This document shows, one piece after another, positions 12,120 through 25,688 of a stretch of 64,000 bases of DNA. Position numbers and translations under genes: made by a program. The first letter of the stretch is position 1. Every line of letters begins with the position of its first letter. The stretch is taken from positions 22,694,001-22,758,000 of the forward strand of contig NC_058383.1 in the NCBI RefSeq assembly GCF_018350175.1, written 5' to 3'. Origin of the DNA: Felis catus (taxonomy: Eukaryota). The notes beneath the pieces are model-generated. The model was not told where the DNA came from. It worked only from the letters and a program-made list of their open reading frames with translations, and searched no databases.

Positions 12120-12898
12120 GTGAGTTTGGCTTGCCCCTTAGCGTAAGCTTGCCTGTCGTGACACTAGAGAGTGCTGGACCCCGGTCGCATTTCAGTGTGG
12201 TAGAGGGCATCTAAGAGGGAGTTCTGGGCTCGGGTTGCCCCATCTGAGGTCTGTTCCTAGAGAGCAGCATTGAGCCCGCTGTGTGGGGAGAAGAGAAGGT
12301 TTGATTTCCTTTTGTCTTCCGGAGACCAGGGCTGACAAGTTCAAGTGCCACATGTACCAGGGCCTGACGGGTCACATAAATGAGTGAGCCGCGGGGTGAG
12401 GACAGAAACACAGGCGAGGGCCGCCATAGCACAGGGCCAGCTGGCTGCTGCCAGGTGTGAGTCTGGGCCCAGAGTTGCTAGAACTTTGTTTTCCAAGAGA
12501 AATTAGAAATTCAGATTTTTAGATGAATTCTCTGAATTCATCGATATTTGTGACTAATTTGAAATGTGAAACAGTAGTGTGGACCAAGGAAAATATGTGC
12601 AGGCCCATCCTGCCATGCTGGTGTGAGATGAGCTGTGAAGCCAGCAGGCAGCCTTTGGCTGAACAGCCCTTGTGCTTCACATACCAGATTCCTGCCTCTC
12701 AGGAGGAGATGATTCTCTAGCCAGTTTCATCTGCCCAAAGGGTCTCCTTAAAAGGTGAGGTGGCCTCTGGGTACATGTCACCGAGCTTCTGCCTGGGCAT
12801 AGACCTGATGGTTACAGTGAGATCAAACAGGTAGCATTTTTTCCTTAGTCTGAAAATGTCACCCACCCTTCCTCAAACTTCAGTGTCTTTGTAGTCTT

Positions 12899-13120
12899 TT
12901 TTTTTTTTTTTTTTTTTAACATTTATTTATTTTTGAGACAGAGGGAGACAGAGCATGAACAGGGGAGGGTCAGAGAGAGAGGGAGACACAGAATCTGAAA
13001 CAGGCTCCAGGCTCTGAGCAGTCAGTACAGAGCCCGACGCGGGGCTCAAACCCACGGACAGTGAGATCGTGACCTGAGCCGAAGTCGGACGCTTAACCGA
13101 CTGAGCCACCCAGGCACCCC
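12899..13120 (-). mobile_element. Antisense CAN-SINE
   Basis: Perfect TSD of about 20 bp, ttcagtgtctttgtagtctt. Confidence 0.95.
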
Positions 13121-13241
13121 TTCAGTGTCTTTGTAGTCTTGAGGAAACATTCACCATGGTTCCAGCGAATGCTCGTCAGATTTGAGATGAGTCCTGAAGC
13201 CGGTGGTTTTCCCTTCTCATGGGGGTCCTGTGTCTGTGCAG

Positions 13242-13340
13242 GTGCTGGAGATGTGTGTGAACCACTGTGGGGAGAAGTTCCACAACGAGGTGGCTAAATT
13301 CCGCTTCCTCAATGAGCTGATCAAAGTGTTGTCCCCAAAG
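13242..13340 (+). CDS. GGA2: GGA2 exon 4 (VHS domain)
   Basis: cag|VLEMCVNHCGEKFHNEVAKFRFLNELIKVLSPK|gtgagc; 99 nt. Confidence 0.98.
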
Positions 13341-13965
13341 GTGAGCACCGTGGGCTTGGCCCTGTTCCCTGTACTGTACCTACCCCCATCCTTCCACCTC
13401 TTGTCCCCTAGAGGTACCTCTTGTCCAGAGGTAGCCCTGCTTACAGCGGAGCCTGCCAGCCTGTCTCCAGTTTGTGACAGAGCCGAGCGGGGATGTCCTG
13501 CACGTGACAGCTTTCCTCTTTGTTGGTTCGTAACCTTCAAGGGAGCTTCCCAGGTATAATCTGAAATCGGCCTCTGCACGCAGGGCAGGGAGAGCAGAGA
13601 GAGGCCACTCCAGGTTGGTAGGTGGCAGGGTTAATAAGCAGAGGTTTATATAGAGGTCTTAAATGGATTCAGTCAGGTGTCCTGTGTGGGTGTTGTCCAT
13701 ACCACATCACTGTCTCGCGACTGTCCGTATTCCGAGGACAGCGGAGGGGCTGAGAGATCTTTGATTGCCCAAGTCCAGCTTGCAGGTCAGCTGGTGGTCA
13801 CGTCTTTTCCAATGGCCTTCCCCAAGCCTCTCCAAGGTCTAGGATGCTGGTCATGTTCATCAGCAGTGCTCTGTCTTTGTCCGTGTCTTCACGTTCTCCC
13901 TTTAAAGATGGCCTTGCGGTGGTGGCTTGGAGGGGTGAGGAACTCAAGCTTGAGGACAGGTTGTT

Positions 13966-13966
13966 T

Positions 13967-14017
<51 letters not shown>

Positions 14018-14227
14018 CTTTCTTTCTAAAAATTATTTATTTATTTTAAGTTTGTTTATTTTGAGAGAGAGAACAAACATGAGTGGGGAGGAGCAGAGAG
14101 AGGGAGAGAGAGAATCCCAAGCAGGCTCCATGCCCAGCGCAGGGTTCGATCTCACAAACTGTGAGATCATGACCTGAGTTGAAATCAGGAGTCAGACTCT
14201 CAACAGTTGAGCCACCCAGGAGCCCCT
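13966..14227 (-). mobile_element. Antisense CAN-SINE with (TTTC)n tail-derived microsatellite
   Basis: SINE body; TSD ttgaggacaggttg. Confidence 0.9.
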
Positions 14228-14389
14228 TGAGGACAGGTTGGTTTTTTTTTTTTTTTTTTTTTTATGGCAATGGCAAGAGATACCAGGTGTGGCTTTAAGT
14301 TTTATGTCCCTTCTTGCCTGTCCTTGGCACCTTTTCTCCTGGCCCCTGTCTTAGCAACACCATTCTCGGGTACCTAACATTGATGGAGC

Positions 14390-15130
14390 CCTCCTTCGCT
14401 ACTTCTCAGCAATTCTTTGATACCACTGTGTGTCCTACAATTTAATTCATTTCAGTTCTGCCACTAACTACCCAGAGTTATTACATACCTTACCTGTGAA
14501 GGGCTCAGTCCTACCTAGACTGTGCTGCCTACTTCAGATAGCAGATGGGGTCTCAGGTGTCCCCAGGCTACTTCCTCTGCTCTCTGACCAACTGCAGATT
14601 CAGGGGTTCCCATGACGCCTTCTACCAGGTTTCATAATTCACTAAAAACACTTACAAGAGGTAGGAAAGCACTATACTTGTTATTACCCTTTTGTTATAC
14701 AGGATGTAGATGGAAGAGCTGCATAGACCAGGGTCTTGGAGGAAATGGGGAGCAGAGCTTCCCCACCACCCTCCTGGTACATCACGTGTTTTAACCAGGA
14801 AGCTCTCCAGACCTCGTTTTACCTGGAGTTATGTAGACATTTTGATTAAATCACTGGCCATGATTGAACTCTCATCTCCAGCCCCCTTCCCTCCTGGGGG
14901 TTGGGCTGGGGCTGAAATTTCCAACCCTCTCATCACACGGTGGGCTTTTCTAAAGTGGTCAGTCTCCCTTGAAACTAAGTGCTCATCATGAATGGTTAGC
15001 ATACACTGAGGTGTGGTTCAAGGGGACTCATTATGAATAACAAAAGATATTCCTGTACCTCAAATTCCAGGGGTTGTTGAAACTGTGCCAGCAACTAGGG
15101 ACAAAGACCAAATATGTTCTTTTAATATTC
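14390..15130. mobile_element. MER21-like LTR
   Basis: gtgtcctacaattta...aagggctcagtcc...caggggttcccatgac...gggacaaagaccaaatat, as in the recalled MER21 consensus. Confidence 0.75.
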
Positions 15131-15410
15131 CATACTTGCCTCATTCAAAAAAATGAGTGTCCCGGTGGCTCTAACCTAGACCAGTATATGGTGGGTTTAA
15201 TTTTAGCAGTTCTGGAGGGTGACTCCTTGAAACCCAGAAGGCACCCTGGGGCTGAGTGCCAGGGAGTTTGGCCTCTGTTGCCTCACCTCTCAACCAGCCA
15301 TGGGCAGCTCGCTTCCCTGGACCTCAGCGGCTACCTCTTTAGTAGTAGCGTGTGCTGGCTGGTCTGCTCAGTCCTTTCCAGCTTTCTAATTCTTTCCTTT
15401 TTATTTTCAG

Positions 15411-15534
15411 TACCTAGGGTCCTGGACCACGGAAAAAGTTAAAGGAAGAGTCATTGAAATACTTTTTAGTTGGACAGTCTGGTTTCCAGAGGATATCAAG
15501 ATCCGAGATGCTTACCAGATGCTGAAGAAACAAG
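15411..15534 (+). CDS. GGA2: GGA2 exon 5 (VHS domain)
   Basis: cag|YLGSWTTEKVKGRVIEILFSWTVWFPEDIKIRDAYQMLKKQ(G)|gttgga; 124 nt. Confidence 0.97.
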
Positions 15535-16686
15535 GTTGGACTCCATCGTTTACATTGCATTTCCTCTTCACAGAAGTATTCTTGCTTTTTTTGGTGAAAA
15601 CTGGACATTTTGTGTGGGACAGTAGAGACTGAGACAAATAGGTTGTTTTTTTGTTTTAAGATTTTATTTTTACGTAATCTCTGCACCCAACGTGGGGGTT
15701 CGAACTCACAACCCCAAGATCAAGAGTCGCGTGCTGTACTGAGTCACCCGGGCATCCCATAAATAATTTTTGATCCCTGGCAATGGACAGACCTTTCCTT
15801 CTCGTGGGCAGGAGTTGAGCTGAGTTTGAGACTATTGTTGCTATAGCTACTCTCACTATACCAGATTTTAAGTTCCTACAGTGTTAGCTTGTGTTTAGTG
15901 TGGGAGCTGATTTGCTAGAGTTTTCCTCTGTATCTGCTCCATCCAAGCATTAGGTCTTCCTTTTTGCTCTGCACCTCAGAGAGGGTTTTATTCCAGATAC
16001 TTTCCTAACAGTCAACTGCTATTACTTGTTACCCAGTGCCCGTTAGCCTGGTGGGGGCAGGCACCATCATTCTCCATTCTGTCTAAGCCTCTGTCTTCAG
16101 TGGACATTGTGTCCCTGGGTCCTGGCAGGACCTGTTCGTGATCCTGCCCCTCCCCCAGGGCCACAGGGTTTTCTTTACTGTTCCTCAGCTGTAGTAAGTT
16201 TTCAGCACTGCTCTAAGAACTCCAGGGCTTATTGTCCTTCCCCAGCAGTTGAAGGTTCTGGAAGGAGAGAGAAGAATTTAGGTGGGACATCAGGCCTTTC
16301 CCATTGTCTTTCCAGGAGTGCGGGTGAGGGCCCTGGAGAAGAGCCTGTTCCTCTCATGTTACAGGCCTCAGAGGTTGTGTTCTCTTGCTGGCGTATACCA
16401 GCCTGTAAACCATTTAGAAACCATTTAATCTGAATTACTCACATTGGTGTTGCCTTCCCATTTTTCCTCAGATTCCAGGGTGTTTGTTGCCTTGCAGTCT
16501 CCACTCTGGTGGATGCAAGAAAAGTGGTAGATTTGTAGCTTGTCCGGGGTCGTGTTGGTCAGTGTGGGAGGAGCAGTTCATGCCTTTCTGTGTCCTGTGC
16601 AGAAGCTGGGAGTCTGTAGGGCTCTGTACAGGAGGGAACCTGGATTCAGGATGGACTATCTTTTCCTGTCAAACGTACTCACTGTT

Positions 16687-16687
16687 T

Positions 16688-16726
<39 letters not shown>

Positions 16727-17185
16727 CTTATTTATTTAAAGTTTATTTTGCTTAAAAAAATTTTTAAAGTTTACTTTTGAGAGAGAGAGAGAGAGAGAGA
16801 GCATGCACACGCGAGAGAGCACGAGTTGGGGAGGGTCAGAGAGGGAGACACAAAATCTAAAGCAGGCTCCTAGCTGTCAGCACAGAGCCCGACGTGGGGC
16901 TTGAACTCAGGAACCATGAGATCATGACCTGAGCCAAAGTTGGACGCTTAACTGACTGAGCCACCCAGGCGCCCAAAAGTTTATTTATTTTGAGATTGAG
17001 ACAGAGACAGAGAGAGAGGAATGAACACAAGTGGGGGACGGGCAGAGAGAGAGAGAATCCCATCCAGGCTCTGTGCTGTCAGCACAGAGCTGGATGTGGG
17101 GCTCGATCTCATGAATTGTGAATTAATGACATGAGCTAAAATCCAGAGTCGGATTCTTAACCAACTGAGCCACCCAGGTGCCCCT
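16687..17185 (-). mobile_element. Two antisense CAN-SINEs with (TTTA)n
   Basis: Two reverse heads at about 16975 and 17185. Confidence 0.92.
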
Positions 17186-17539
17186 GTAGTCGCTGTTTTT
17201 AGAAGTGTCATGGATCCTACAGTAATTTCTGGGCCCTGGGAGGTTTATGTACTTGCATACAATGATCAGTATTTTTTATAGCATGAGGCCCATGGCCTAC
17301 TAGCCCTAGGGTCTGGCTCTGTTCTCACTTAGTTGGCTCTGATGCCCCTGTCTTTGTGCTCCTTCCTTGGAGTCTCCTGAGGGAGGATGCAGAGCCTTGG
17401 TCATACCCTGGGTGTATTCCTTTAAGGTCATTGACAGTGTTTTCCCAGTGGGACATCAGGAACTGGGGGTTTCTAGACTTTATGTGAAGTCAGTGGGTAC
17501 CCATACCCATATTGTAACTTTATGAATTGCGTGTTTTAG

Positions 17540-17643
17540 GGATTGTAAAGCAAGACCCTAAACTACCAGTGGATAAAATTTTGCCTCCACCTTCTCCCTG
17601 GCCCAAGAGCTCTATCTTTGATGCTGATGAAGAAAAGTCCAAG
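17540..17643 (+). CDS. GGA2: GGA2 exon 6
   Basis: tag|IVKQDPKLPVDKILPPPSPWPKSSIFDADEEKSK|gtaagg; 104 nt. Confidence 0.97.
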
Positions 17644-18983
17644 GTAAGGAGCCCCTCCCTGACCTTGGTGACTGACCTGAATCTGATCGGACCCCTTCCT
17701 GTAGAGACTCTCCTGAAATATCCCCTGGAATGTGCTCTGATCCCTGAACCAAAGTGTGGGGGAATGTGGGGAGGTGCATTAGTGAGTTGTCTCTGGAGTA
17801 GGCTCTTAGAATAAAGTGACATAAGGTCTGGATGTTTTCTTCATGGATGGGCCACATAGTAAAGCCACGTTCTTTGTGCCCTCCACCTTATCTGTGCAAG
17901 CATTCCCGAAGGAGACAAGGTACAAAAGGATGACCCAAGTGGGCAGTGTGGATGAGCAGTCGTATCCAGCGTATGTGTGGTATTAGGGGAAGATGGTGGA
18001 AAGAATTGGTTACATGTTGGCTCAGCTCTTTTTCTTTAGTGCCAGTAAGCTTGGTGCCACCCGTTTTCCTTCTGCCACTGCCTCCCATAATTTGTTGCTC
18101 CTCAGACATCAGTAAGGAGTGGGACAAAGACCTAGGAATAGCGTCAGAGTGCCTCTGAATGGGGAGAGGGCCCTGGAGCAGTGGTGCTGCTTTTGGTGAT
18201 TACTGTTCTCAGTCACACACAAGGTCTGGGAAATGTAGTACCAGGAAAGCTTCAGGCCGTGTGTGAGTCCGTAGTACGCGCTGCCTTCTCACTGCACCCC
18301 TCAGCTGTGCCCTTCCCTTGGACTTAGATGTTCAGTGGCCATGAGGTCAGAACAAGCAGGGCCAGGTTCTGGGCTGCCTTTCTCTTTGGCCTTTCTCCTA
18401 CTGATGCCTTACAGTTGCAGAGGGGGGAAGACGAAGGATGGCACAGACTTTGGAGAAAGATAGAATCCTGTGTCACCTCGGGCAAGCTGTTTATACACTC
18501 TGGGCATCAGTACAGCCATCTTTAGTGCCATCAGGGACGACCGAGTGACTCCCACGTCCAAGGCGTTTTGCTGGGCGTGGGGAGTAAAGTGAACAAGGTC
18601 ACCGAGGTCTGTCACATCACAGAGTACGTGGCCCAGGACAGCCTCAGTGCTAGTGATATTTTGGGCCAGATCGTTTTCTTACTAGGGGCTGTTCCTGTTC
18701 ACTGTAGGAAGTTTATAGTATCCTGGCCTCTACTCACTGGATGCGTCTCCAGATTTTGCCAGATGTCTCCTGGGGGATATAATCCTCCACCCTCCTGCCC
18801 CATTGAAAACCTGTGGTCTGTGGGAATAGTCCTAATCCCTACATGGTGTCATTGTGAGCATTTGGTAAGATGATGCTTATAAAGTAAGGAGGTGTTCCTG
18901 TTCTCTTGTTGCTGCCTCTACTAGTCTGGGCCGTTTGCCACAGAGGGAAGTGGTTTCACCTGTTCTTTTTGTTCATTCTTCAG

Positions 18984-19064
18984 CTTCTGACGAGGCTTCT
19001 GAAGAGCAATCACCCTGAGGATCTTCAGGCTGCAAACAGGCTGATCAAGAATTTGGTCAAGGAG
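18984..19064 (+). CDS. GGA2: GGA2 exon 7 (GAT domain, ARF-binding hook)
   Basis: cag|LLTRLLKSNHPEDLQAANRLIKNLVKE|gtgggc; 81 nt. Confidence 0.98.
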
Positions 19065-19571
19065 GTGGGCGTCTTTCCACTGGGTTCTGCAGAAACTGCA
19101 TTTGACACACGTGTATGTGCGTGAGGGCATAGGTGCCCAATTGGACTGGAAAAAGGATGGGCTCTGGGCCCAAAACTGGGGCACAGCCACGGGCTCCCTG
19201 AAGGGCAAGATGGTGACTGGAAGCAGAAACCATGCAGGGTACTTCCCAAGTACGTTTGTCCAGGGGCCCAAAGCATTTCGTAGACCCTGGTTTCTGTCCC
19301 AGTGACAGAAAGTCTATTTGGGAATCTGTTTTTCGGAGGGATTGAGGCTGGTGGTACAAAGCTGCAGATTGCCCTGTCCCTGGACTGCATTGCCTTTCAC
19401 AGGAATTCTCGGCCCACTGAGTTTTCTTCGCCCACTGAGGGAACACTCCCGCCTACTCACTGTGTTAGTGACTTGCCTGAGCTCGCCAGCACAGTGCCTC
19501 TTTTCCCGTCCCTCATTCAGGCTTTATCCAAGGTTTCTGCTCCTTCACTTCCATCCTCTCTCTCCCAAAAG

Positions 19572-19709
19572 GAACAAGAGAAATCAGAGAAGGTGTCCAA
19601 GAGAGTCAGTGCTGTGGAGGAGGTACGGAGTCATGTGAAGGTGCTGCAGGAAATGCTAAGCGTGTACCGCAGGCCGGGGCAGGCCCCACCAGACCAGGAG
19701 GCCTTGCAG
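19572..19709 (+). CDS. GGA2: GGA2 exon 8 (GAT domain)
   Basis: aag|EQEKSEKVSKRVSAVEEVRSHVKVLQEMLSVYRRPGQAPPDQEALQ|gtaaaa; 138 nt. Confidence 0.97.
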
Positions 19710-19734
19710 GTAAAAAGTAAATTCAAGTATAACG

Positions 19735-21810
19735 GAGTGTAATTGACATACTAGAAATTTGGCATGTTTTGACACGTGAATGTCCATGAAGGCATCATCA
19801 TAATCAGGATAGTAAACATGTCCCTAAACCCCATCACCTCCCCGCCCCCGCCCCAAATTTCCTCATGCCCCTTGGTGATCCCTCTCTTCCTTTCTTCCCT
19901 GTCTCCCTATCCTTAATTTATATTTTCTCGAGTTTTGTATGAATGGAATGATAAAATTTTTCTTTCTTTTTTTCTTTCTCTTTCTTTCCCTCCCGGCTTC
20001 TCCCTCTTGGCGTAATTGAGATCCATTCATGGCGTGTGTATTGATCGCTTGCTTTTTATTGCTGAGTGGTATTACATTGTATGCATGTATTACAATTTGT
20101 CTCTCCATCTGTTGATGGCTATTTGGGTGTTTCCAGCTTTGGGTGATTATGAATTAAGCTGCTATAAACAGTTGTTTATAGTTCTGTACAGGATTCTGCA
20201 TAAACATACATTTTCCTTGGGTGCATGCCTAGGTGTGGGATTGCTGGGTCATATGCTAAGTGTATAGTTAACTTTGGAAAATAGTTGGCCAGTTTCTTGA
20301 AAAGTGGTTGTACCATTTTATGTTCCTAACAGCGTTGCTTAGAGTTCCAGTTCCATCACGTCCTACACATCTTGAGGGTTTTTTTTTTTTTATAACACCT
20401 TTATTGAGAATTTATATATCTTAAAAGCAGCCATCAACACTAACTAGAAGATTTTAATCAGCCCTAAAAGAAATCCAGTACCCATAGCAGTCACTCTCCA
20501 CCCCCACGCCCAGCCTCCCCAGCTCCTGACATCCACTAATCTGCTCTGGGTCTGTAGATTTGCCTATTGGGACATTTTGTGTAAATTGAATCCTACAGAA
20601 TGTGGTCTTCTGAGCCTGGCTGCTTTCACTTAATGTTTTGGAGGTTTATCCATCTTGTAGAATGTATCAAAACTTCATTCCTTTTTATGGCTGAATAACA
20701 TTCCATTGTATGGCTAGCTCGCATTTTGTCCATTCATCAGTTGAGCATTTGGGTTTCCACTTGGGCTGTGACAAATGCTGTGAACATCCGTATAGAAGTG
20801 TTTTTTGTAAAATGTAAACTTAATTTTCTTGAGCGTATATATATCTAGGACTGGAACTGCTGGATCATATGGTGGTTCCGTTTAACTTTCTGAGCAACGG
20901 CCAAACTGTTTGCTAAATCATTGGACCGTTTTATAATCCTACCAGCAACGTGTGAGAGTTCAAGTTTTCCACATGCTGCCAACACTTGTTATTGTCTGTC
21001 TTTTTCATAATAGTTATCCTGGTGGGTGTAAAGTGGCACCTCACTGTGGCTTGGAAATGTATTTCCCTGATAGTTTAAGTTGAGCTTCCTTTCCTGTGTC
21101 TGTTGGCCACCTGTGTATCATCTTGTCTATAGAAATGTCTGTTTATATCCTTTGCCCAGTCTTTTTAACTTTTTTTTTTCTTTTTTGAGAGAGAGACAGA
21201 GTGCGAGCAGGGGAGGGGCAGAGAGAGAGAGAGAGAGAGGGAGACACAGAATCCAAAGCAGGTTCTAGGCTCCGAGGTGTTAGCACAGTGCCTGACGTGG
21301 GACTCGAACTCATGTACCGTGAGATCATGACCTGAGCCGAAGCCAGACTGTTAACTGACTGAGCCCCCCGGCGTCCCTGCCCAGTTTTTCATGGGGTTGT
21401 CTCCTTATTTTTGAGTTATAAGTGTTCTTTATATATCCTGGGTACCATTCCTTGGTCACACAGTTTTCTCCCATTAGGTGGGTTGTCTTTTCACTGTCTT
21501 GACAGTGTCTTTTGAAGCAAAAGTGTTTTTTGTTTGTTTTTTTAATTTATGTTTGAGACAGAGACAGAGCATGAACGGGGGAGGGTCAGAGAGAGAGGGA
21601 GACAGAATCCGAAACAGGCTCCAGGCTCTGGGCTGTCAGCACAGAGCCTGACGTGGGGCTTGAACTCACGGACTGCGAGATCATGACGTGAGCCAAAGTC
21701 AGACACTTAATCGACTGAGCCACCCAGGCGCCCCAAGAAGCAAAAGTTTTTAATTTTGAAGTTCAATTTATCTCTTTTCTTTTGTTGCTGATGCTTTTGG
21801 TGTTCTAGCT
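19735..21810 (-). mobile_element. Old L1M 3'-end fragments (two, nested) interrupted by SINEs at about 21169-21378 and 21527-21734
   Basis: Reverse L1 3' UTR and ORF2-end motifs (ttttattgctgagtggtatt, ggattgctgggtcatatg, ttcattcctttttatggctgaataa). Confidence 0.85.
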
Positions 21811-23254
21811 GAGCCACTGCAGCCTGGTGCAGACAGATGGCGGTGGCACTGAAATGCTGTCCCAACCTGCCACTCTTAATCTGTCCTTGGAGCTCTGCTT
21901 TCTCCAGCCTTCTGCTAGCTACATTTGTCTTCTCTCTCTGCGTTCCAGCTTTTTATGCCTCTCTGCCCAGGAGCAGCAGCCTTCATGTGGTACCTTAGTT
22001 TCCCTGTCCTTCCATTTCACAGGGTTCGCAGAAACAACTAGTATCTTTCCTAATTCCAGATTCCCGAGAGAAACCTCTTTGTCTGGCATGGCTCCTGTAT
22101 CTATCCCAGGTCAATCAACCTACCTACATCCAGGATTGGATGGAATTACAGAGAGGGTCATGCTGGCCTTTTGTGGCCAGAGGGGACAGTTCTCAGAAGG
22201 ATTAGTGGGCTTGGGCCAGGCAGACACTCCAAAGCCAGTCCCCTGTGGTGAGTTGGCTCCAAAGTCCCTCTGGAAGGTTGGCCTGCTGGGCTTCTAAATA
22301 GTACAACTCCCCCCCTCTCCCTCCCCCAGGGTGATAACCAGCTAGGAGACAGTAGAGACTTGGCAGGAGACAAAACTTATAATGGGTAAAGCCCATTTGG
22401 AAAAAGTGGCACGGAAGTGTTGGCAAGTGGCTTCCTGATGCTGAACCTTAATCAGGCAGGTCTGCCTACCACCTGAGATGATGCTGGCACACCACTCTTC
22501 TCCTCGCAAGGGGCTTCCTTCTCTAAAACATAAAGCTGGTAGGAGCAGAGCCCAGTGTTGGCTTCCGTCTGGGCAGCTGGGTCTCAGGAGCAAAGCAGGA
22601 GGAAGGGGCTCCGTCCTGCTTGTCTCCTAGACTCCCCTATCGGATATGTCCTTTCACAGCTTGGGGAAGGGAGCACTACTGTGAGGGAGGACTCGTGTGT
22701 TCACTGAGCTCCCTTGCAAGGAGGGAAGCCTCATATGTCCTCCTCAACACGTGGCGTGTGGGGGGTGCAGTTGTCCAGAGCACTCTCCCTGGGAGGAGGA
22801 GAATGAGCTTGCCCAGACGGTCCTGGTGGGGAATGAGGTTTAGCTCTGGGAGAGCCTGCAGTGGGAGTGCAGGGACATTGTTGGAGAGGGAAGTTGGATG
22901 GGGAGTTTGGATATTAGTTTTAAAGCAGGGTAGTCACGGAGGGCTTCCATATGGAGTCACCCCATTGTTAAAGCTCTTCTGGGAGCTTGGAGAAGAGATA
23001 ATGCCATACACACTCAGAACGTGGATTCTTTTCTGAGGTCTTTCCCCTTTTTAGTGAGTTTACAAATTCGTGTAACCGTAACCCAAACTTTTTCTGACAC
23101 TATAGTGGCCACGTCACTTCAAACCTGCAGTCGTGCGTTTGGGACAGCCTAAGAATTCTGCAGCCGCAGACTCTGCTGTTTGTTTACTGGGGGCACCTAG
23201 GGCCTTGCTGTGGGCCCTTGCTGTGTGTGGTGAAACCAAGCTCTGTTCACTCAG

Positions 23255-23336
23255 GTCGTGTACGAACGGTGTGAAAAGCTGCGGCCCACCCTGTTCCGGC
23301 TGGCGAGTGACACCACAGATGACGATGACGCACTCG
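23255..23336 (+). CDS. GGA2: GGA2 exon 9 (GAT domain)
   Basis: cag|VVYERCEKLRPTLFRLASDTTDDDDAL|gtaatg; 82 nt. Confidence 0.97.
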
Positions 23337-24041
23337 GTAATGCGGTTCTGTTTCTCTAGGCACAGACGGTACACCAGAGGCAGAACAGACGTGCTCCTTT
23401 CTGCGGGGCTGCGGTGGTGCCAGAAACAAGACAGGATGGACTTTAGGTTTTATGGAAGTTGGGCTTTGGAAGGGCATGTCCTGTGTTGGCTTCGAAGCGA
23501 TTCCCAGGAAAGCCTAGGCTTGAGCAAGCACCCGTCAGCAGGTTTGAAAGAAGAGGTGGCAAAGTGCCCTGTAGGTGGGGCAAGAGGGCGATGCTAGAAG
23601 GAAGGCTCAGGTCCACAGAAGTCTGGGAAACAGCAGCATCTTGAAGGTTTCACCGACCTGAGTTGCTGGGCTGGGTAGCCAACCTAAATGAGGCAGGCTG
23701 GTGAGGAGCAGAAGGGATAATGGTAGAGACGGTGGAGAGTTTCAGTACCTGTGCAAAGGTATTAAAACATCTTACACTTTTTATTATGGAAAATTGCAGA
23801 ACATGAAAGGGAAATAGTAGGATAAGTTCTATGTGCTTTTCACCTATTGTTAACAATTAACAGCTCATGGCCCATCTTTTTTCATCTTGTTCATGTGTAC
23901 TGCTCTCTCCCTGCCCCAAACCTATTCTCATTGAAGCAAATTCCAAACATTTTAAGGTGATCAACTATTCAGTGTTCGGATTTCCCTGGGCATTTCTCTC
24001 TCTAGCATCTCTTGCTAACTTCCCCCGCATTTCTTGTTCAA

Positions 24042-25688
24042 ATTTTTGTTTGTGTGTTTAGTTTCGGGGAGGGGCAAAGAGAGAGGGAGACAGAGAATCT
24101 GCAGCAGGCTCCCCACTGTCAGTGCAAAACCTGACATGGGGCTTGAACTCACTCATAAATTGTGAGATCGTGACCTGAGCTGAAGTTGGACACCCAACCG
24201 ACTGAGCCACTCAGGTGCCTCTTGTTTCTTCTAAATCAGACTTAGAAGGGCACCTGGGTGGTTCAGTGGGTTGGGCGACCGACTTCACTCAGGTCATGAT
24301 CTCACGGATCGTGAGTTGGAGCCCCACATCGGGCTCTGTGCTGACAGTTTGGAGCCTGCTTCGGATTCTGTGTCTCCCTCTCTCTGCCTCTTCCCACTCG
24401 CGTTCTGTCTCTCTCCTTCAAAAGTAAATAAACATTTAAAAACATAAAAAGACAAATAAATAAATCAGACTCAGAAAAGCCATACTTTGTAGTTGGTGAT
24501 ATTTCTAGAGTCTTTTTTTTTAGAAATTACACTTTAAAAATTTCTTTTAATTAAAAAAAATTTTTTTTAACGTTTATTTTATTTTTGAGAGAGAGAAGGA
24601 GACAGAGTGTGAATGGCGGAGGGGCACACACACACAGGATCCAAAGCAGGCTCCAGGCTCCAAGCTGTCAGCACAGAGCCCGACACAGGGCTTAAACCCA
24701 TGAACCATGAGATCATGACCTAAGCTGAAGTTGGATGCTTAACTAATTGAGCCACCCAGGCACCCCCCGCTTTGGTCTTTTTTTTTTTTTTTTCTCTTTT
24801 ACATTCATTTTTGAGAGAGCAAGAGAGAGCACAAGTGGGGGAGGGGCAGAGAGAGAAGGAGACACAAAGTCTGAAGCAGGCTCCAGGCTCTGAGCTATCA
24901 AGCACAGAACCGATCACGGGGGGCTGAACTCCTAAACCACGAGATAATGACCTGAGCCAAAGTCGGACACTTAACTGACTGAGCCACACAGGTGCCCCAT
25001 TTTGGTCTTTTTTTTTTTTTTTTTTCTTTTTATTCTTTGTCTCTTTCTTGTTTTTTTATGTTTAAAAACAATTTTTTTTTAGTGTTTATTTTGAAGGAGA
25101 GAGAGCATGAGCAGGGAAGGGGTGGAGAGAGAGAGGGAGACACAGAATCTGAGTCAGGTTCCAGGTTCTGAGCTGTTAGCACAGAGCCTGATGCAGGGCT
25201 CCCAGCTCATGAGCTGTGAGATGATGACCTGAGCTGAAGTTGGATGCTTCACCGACTGAGCCACCCAGGCGCCCCTCGTCCAGTCTTTGTTTAAATTTTT
25301 TTATTTTTTTAATAGATAGCTCCTCCATTCTTTGTCTCTTTCTTGTTTCTTACATGAAGAACATGTTCTTTGACCTATAGAATTTTTCTGGGCCTTGGTT
25401 TTCTGATGGCATTTTCCATGACATTTAATATGTTTTTCTGTATCTGATACTTCTTATGAATTCCTGATACATCTTTTTTTAAAGTGTTTTTTTTTAAATT
25501 ATTTATTTTGAGAGAGAGAGTGAATGAGCAAGAGGGGCAGAGAGGGAGGGAGAGAGAGAATCACAAGCAAGCTCCATACGGTCAGCACAGAGCCCGATGT
25601 GGGACTCGAACTCACGAACTGTGAGATCATGATCTGAGCTGAAACCAAGCGTCAGACGCTTAACCGACTGAGCCACCCAAGCACCCCA
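24042..25688. mobile_element. Cluster of six CAN-SINEs (five -, one + at 24248-24460)
   Basis: Repeated SINE heads and tails with T-runs. Confidence 0.92.

Noticed and set aside
21827..23036. 156-aa and 138-aa intronic ORFs
   Set aside because: Non-ATG starts, no recognisable domains, and not needed for the GGA2 reading frame.
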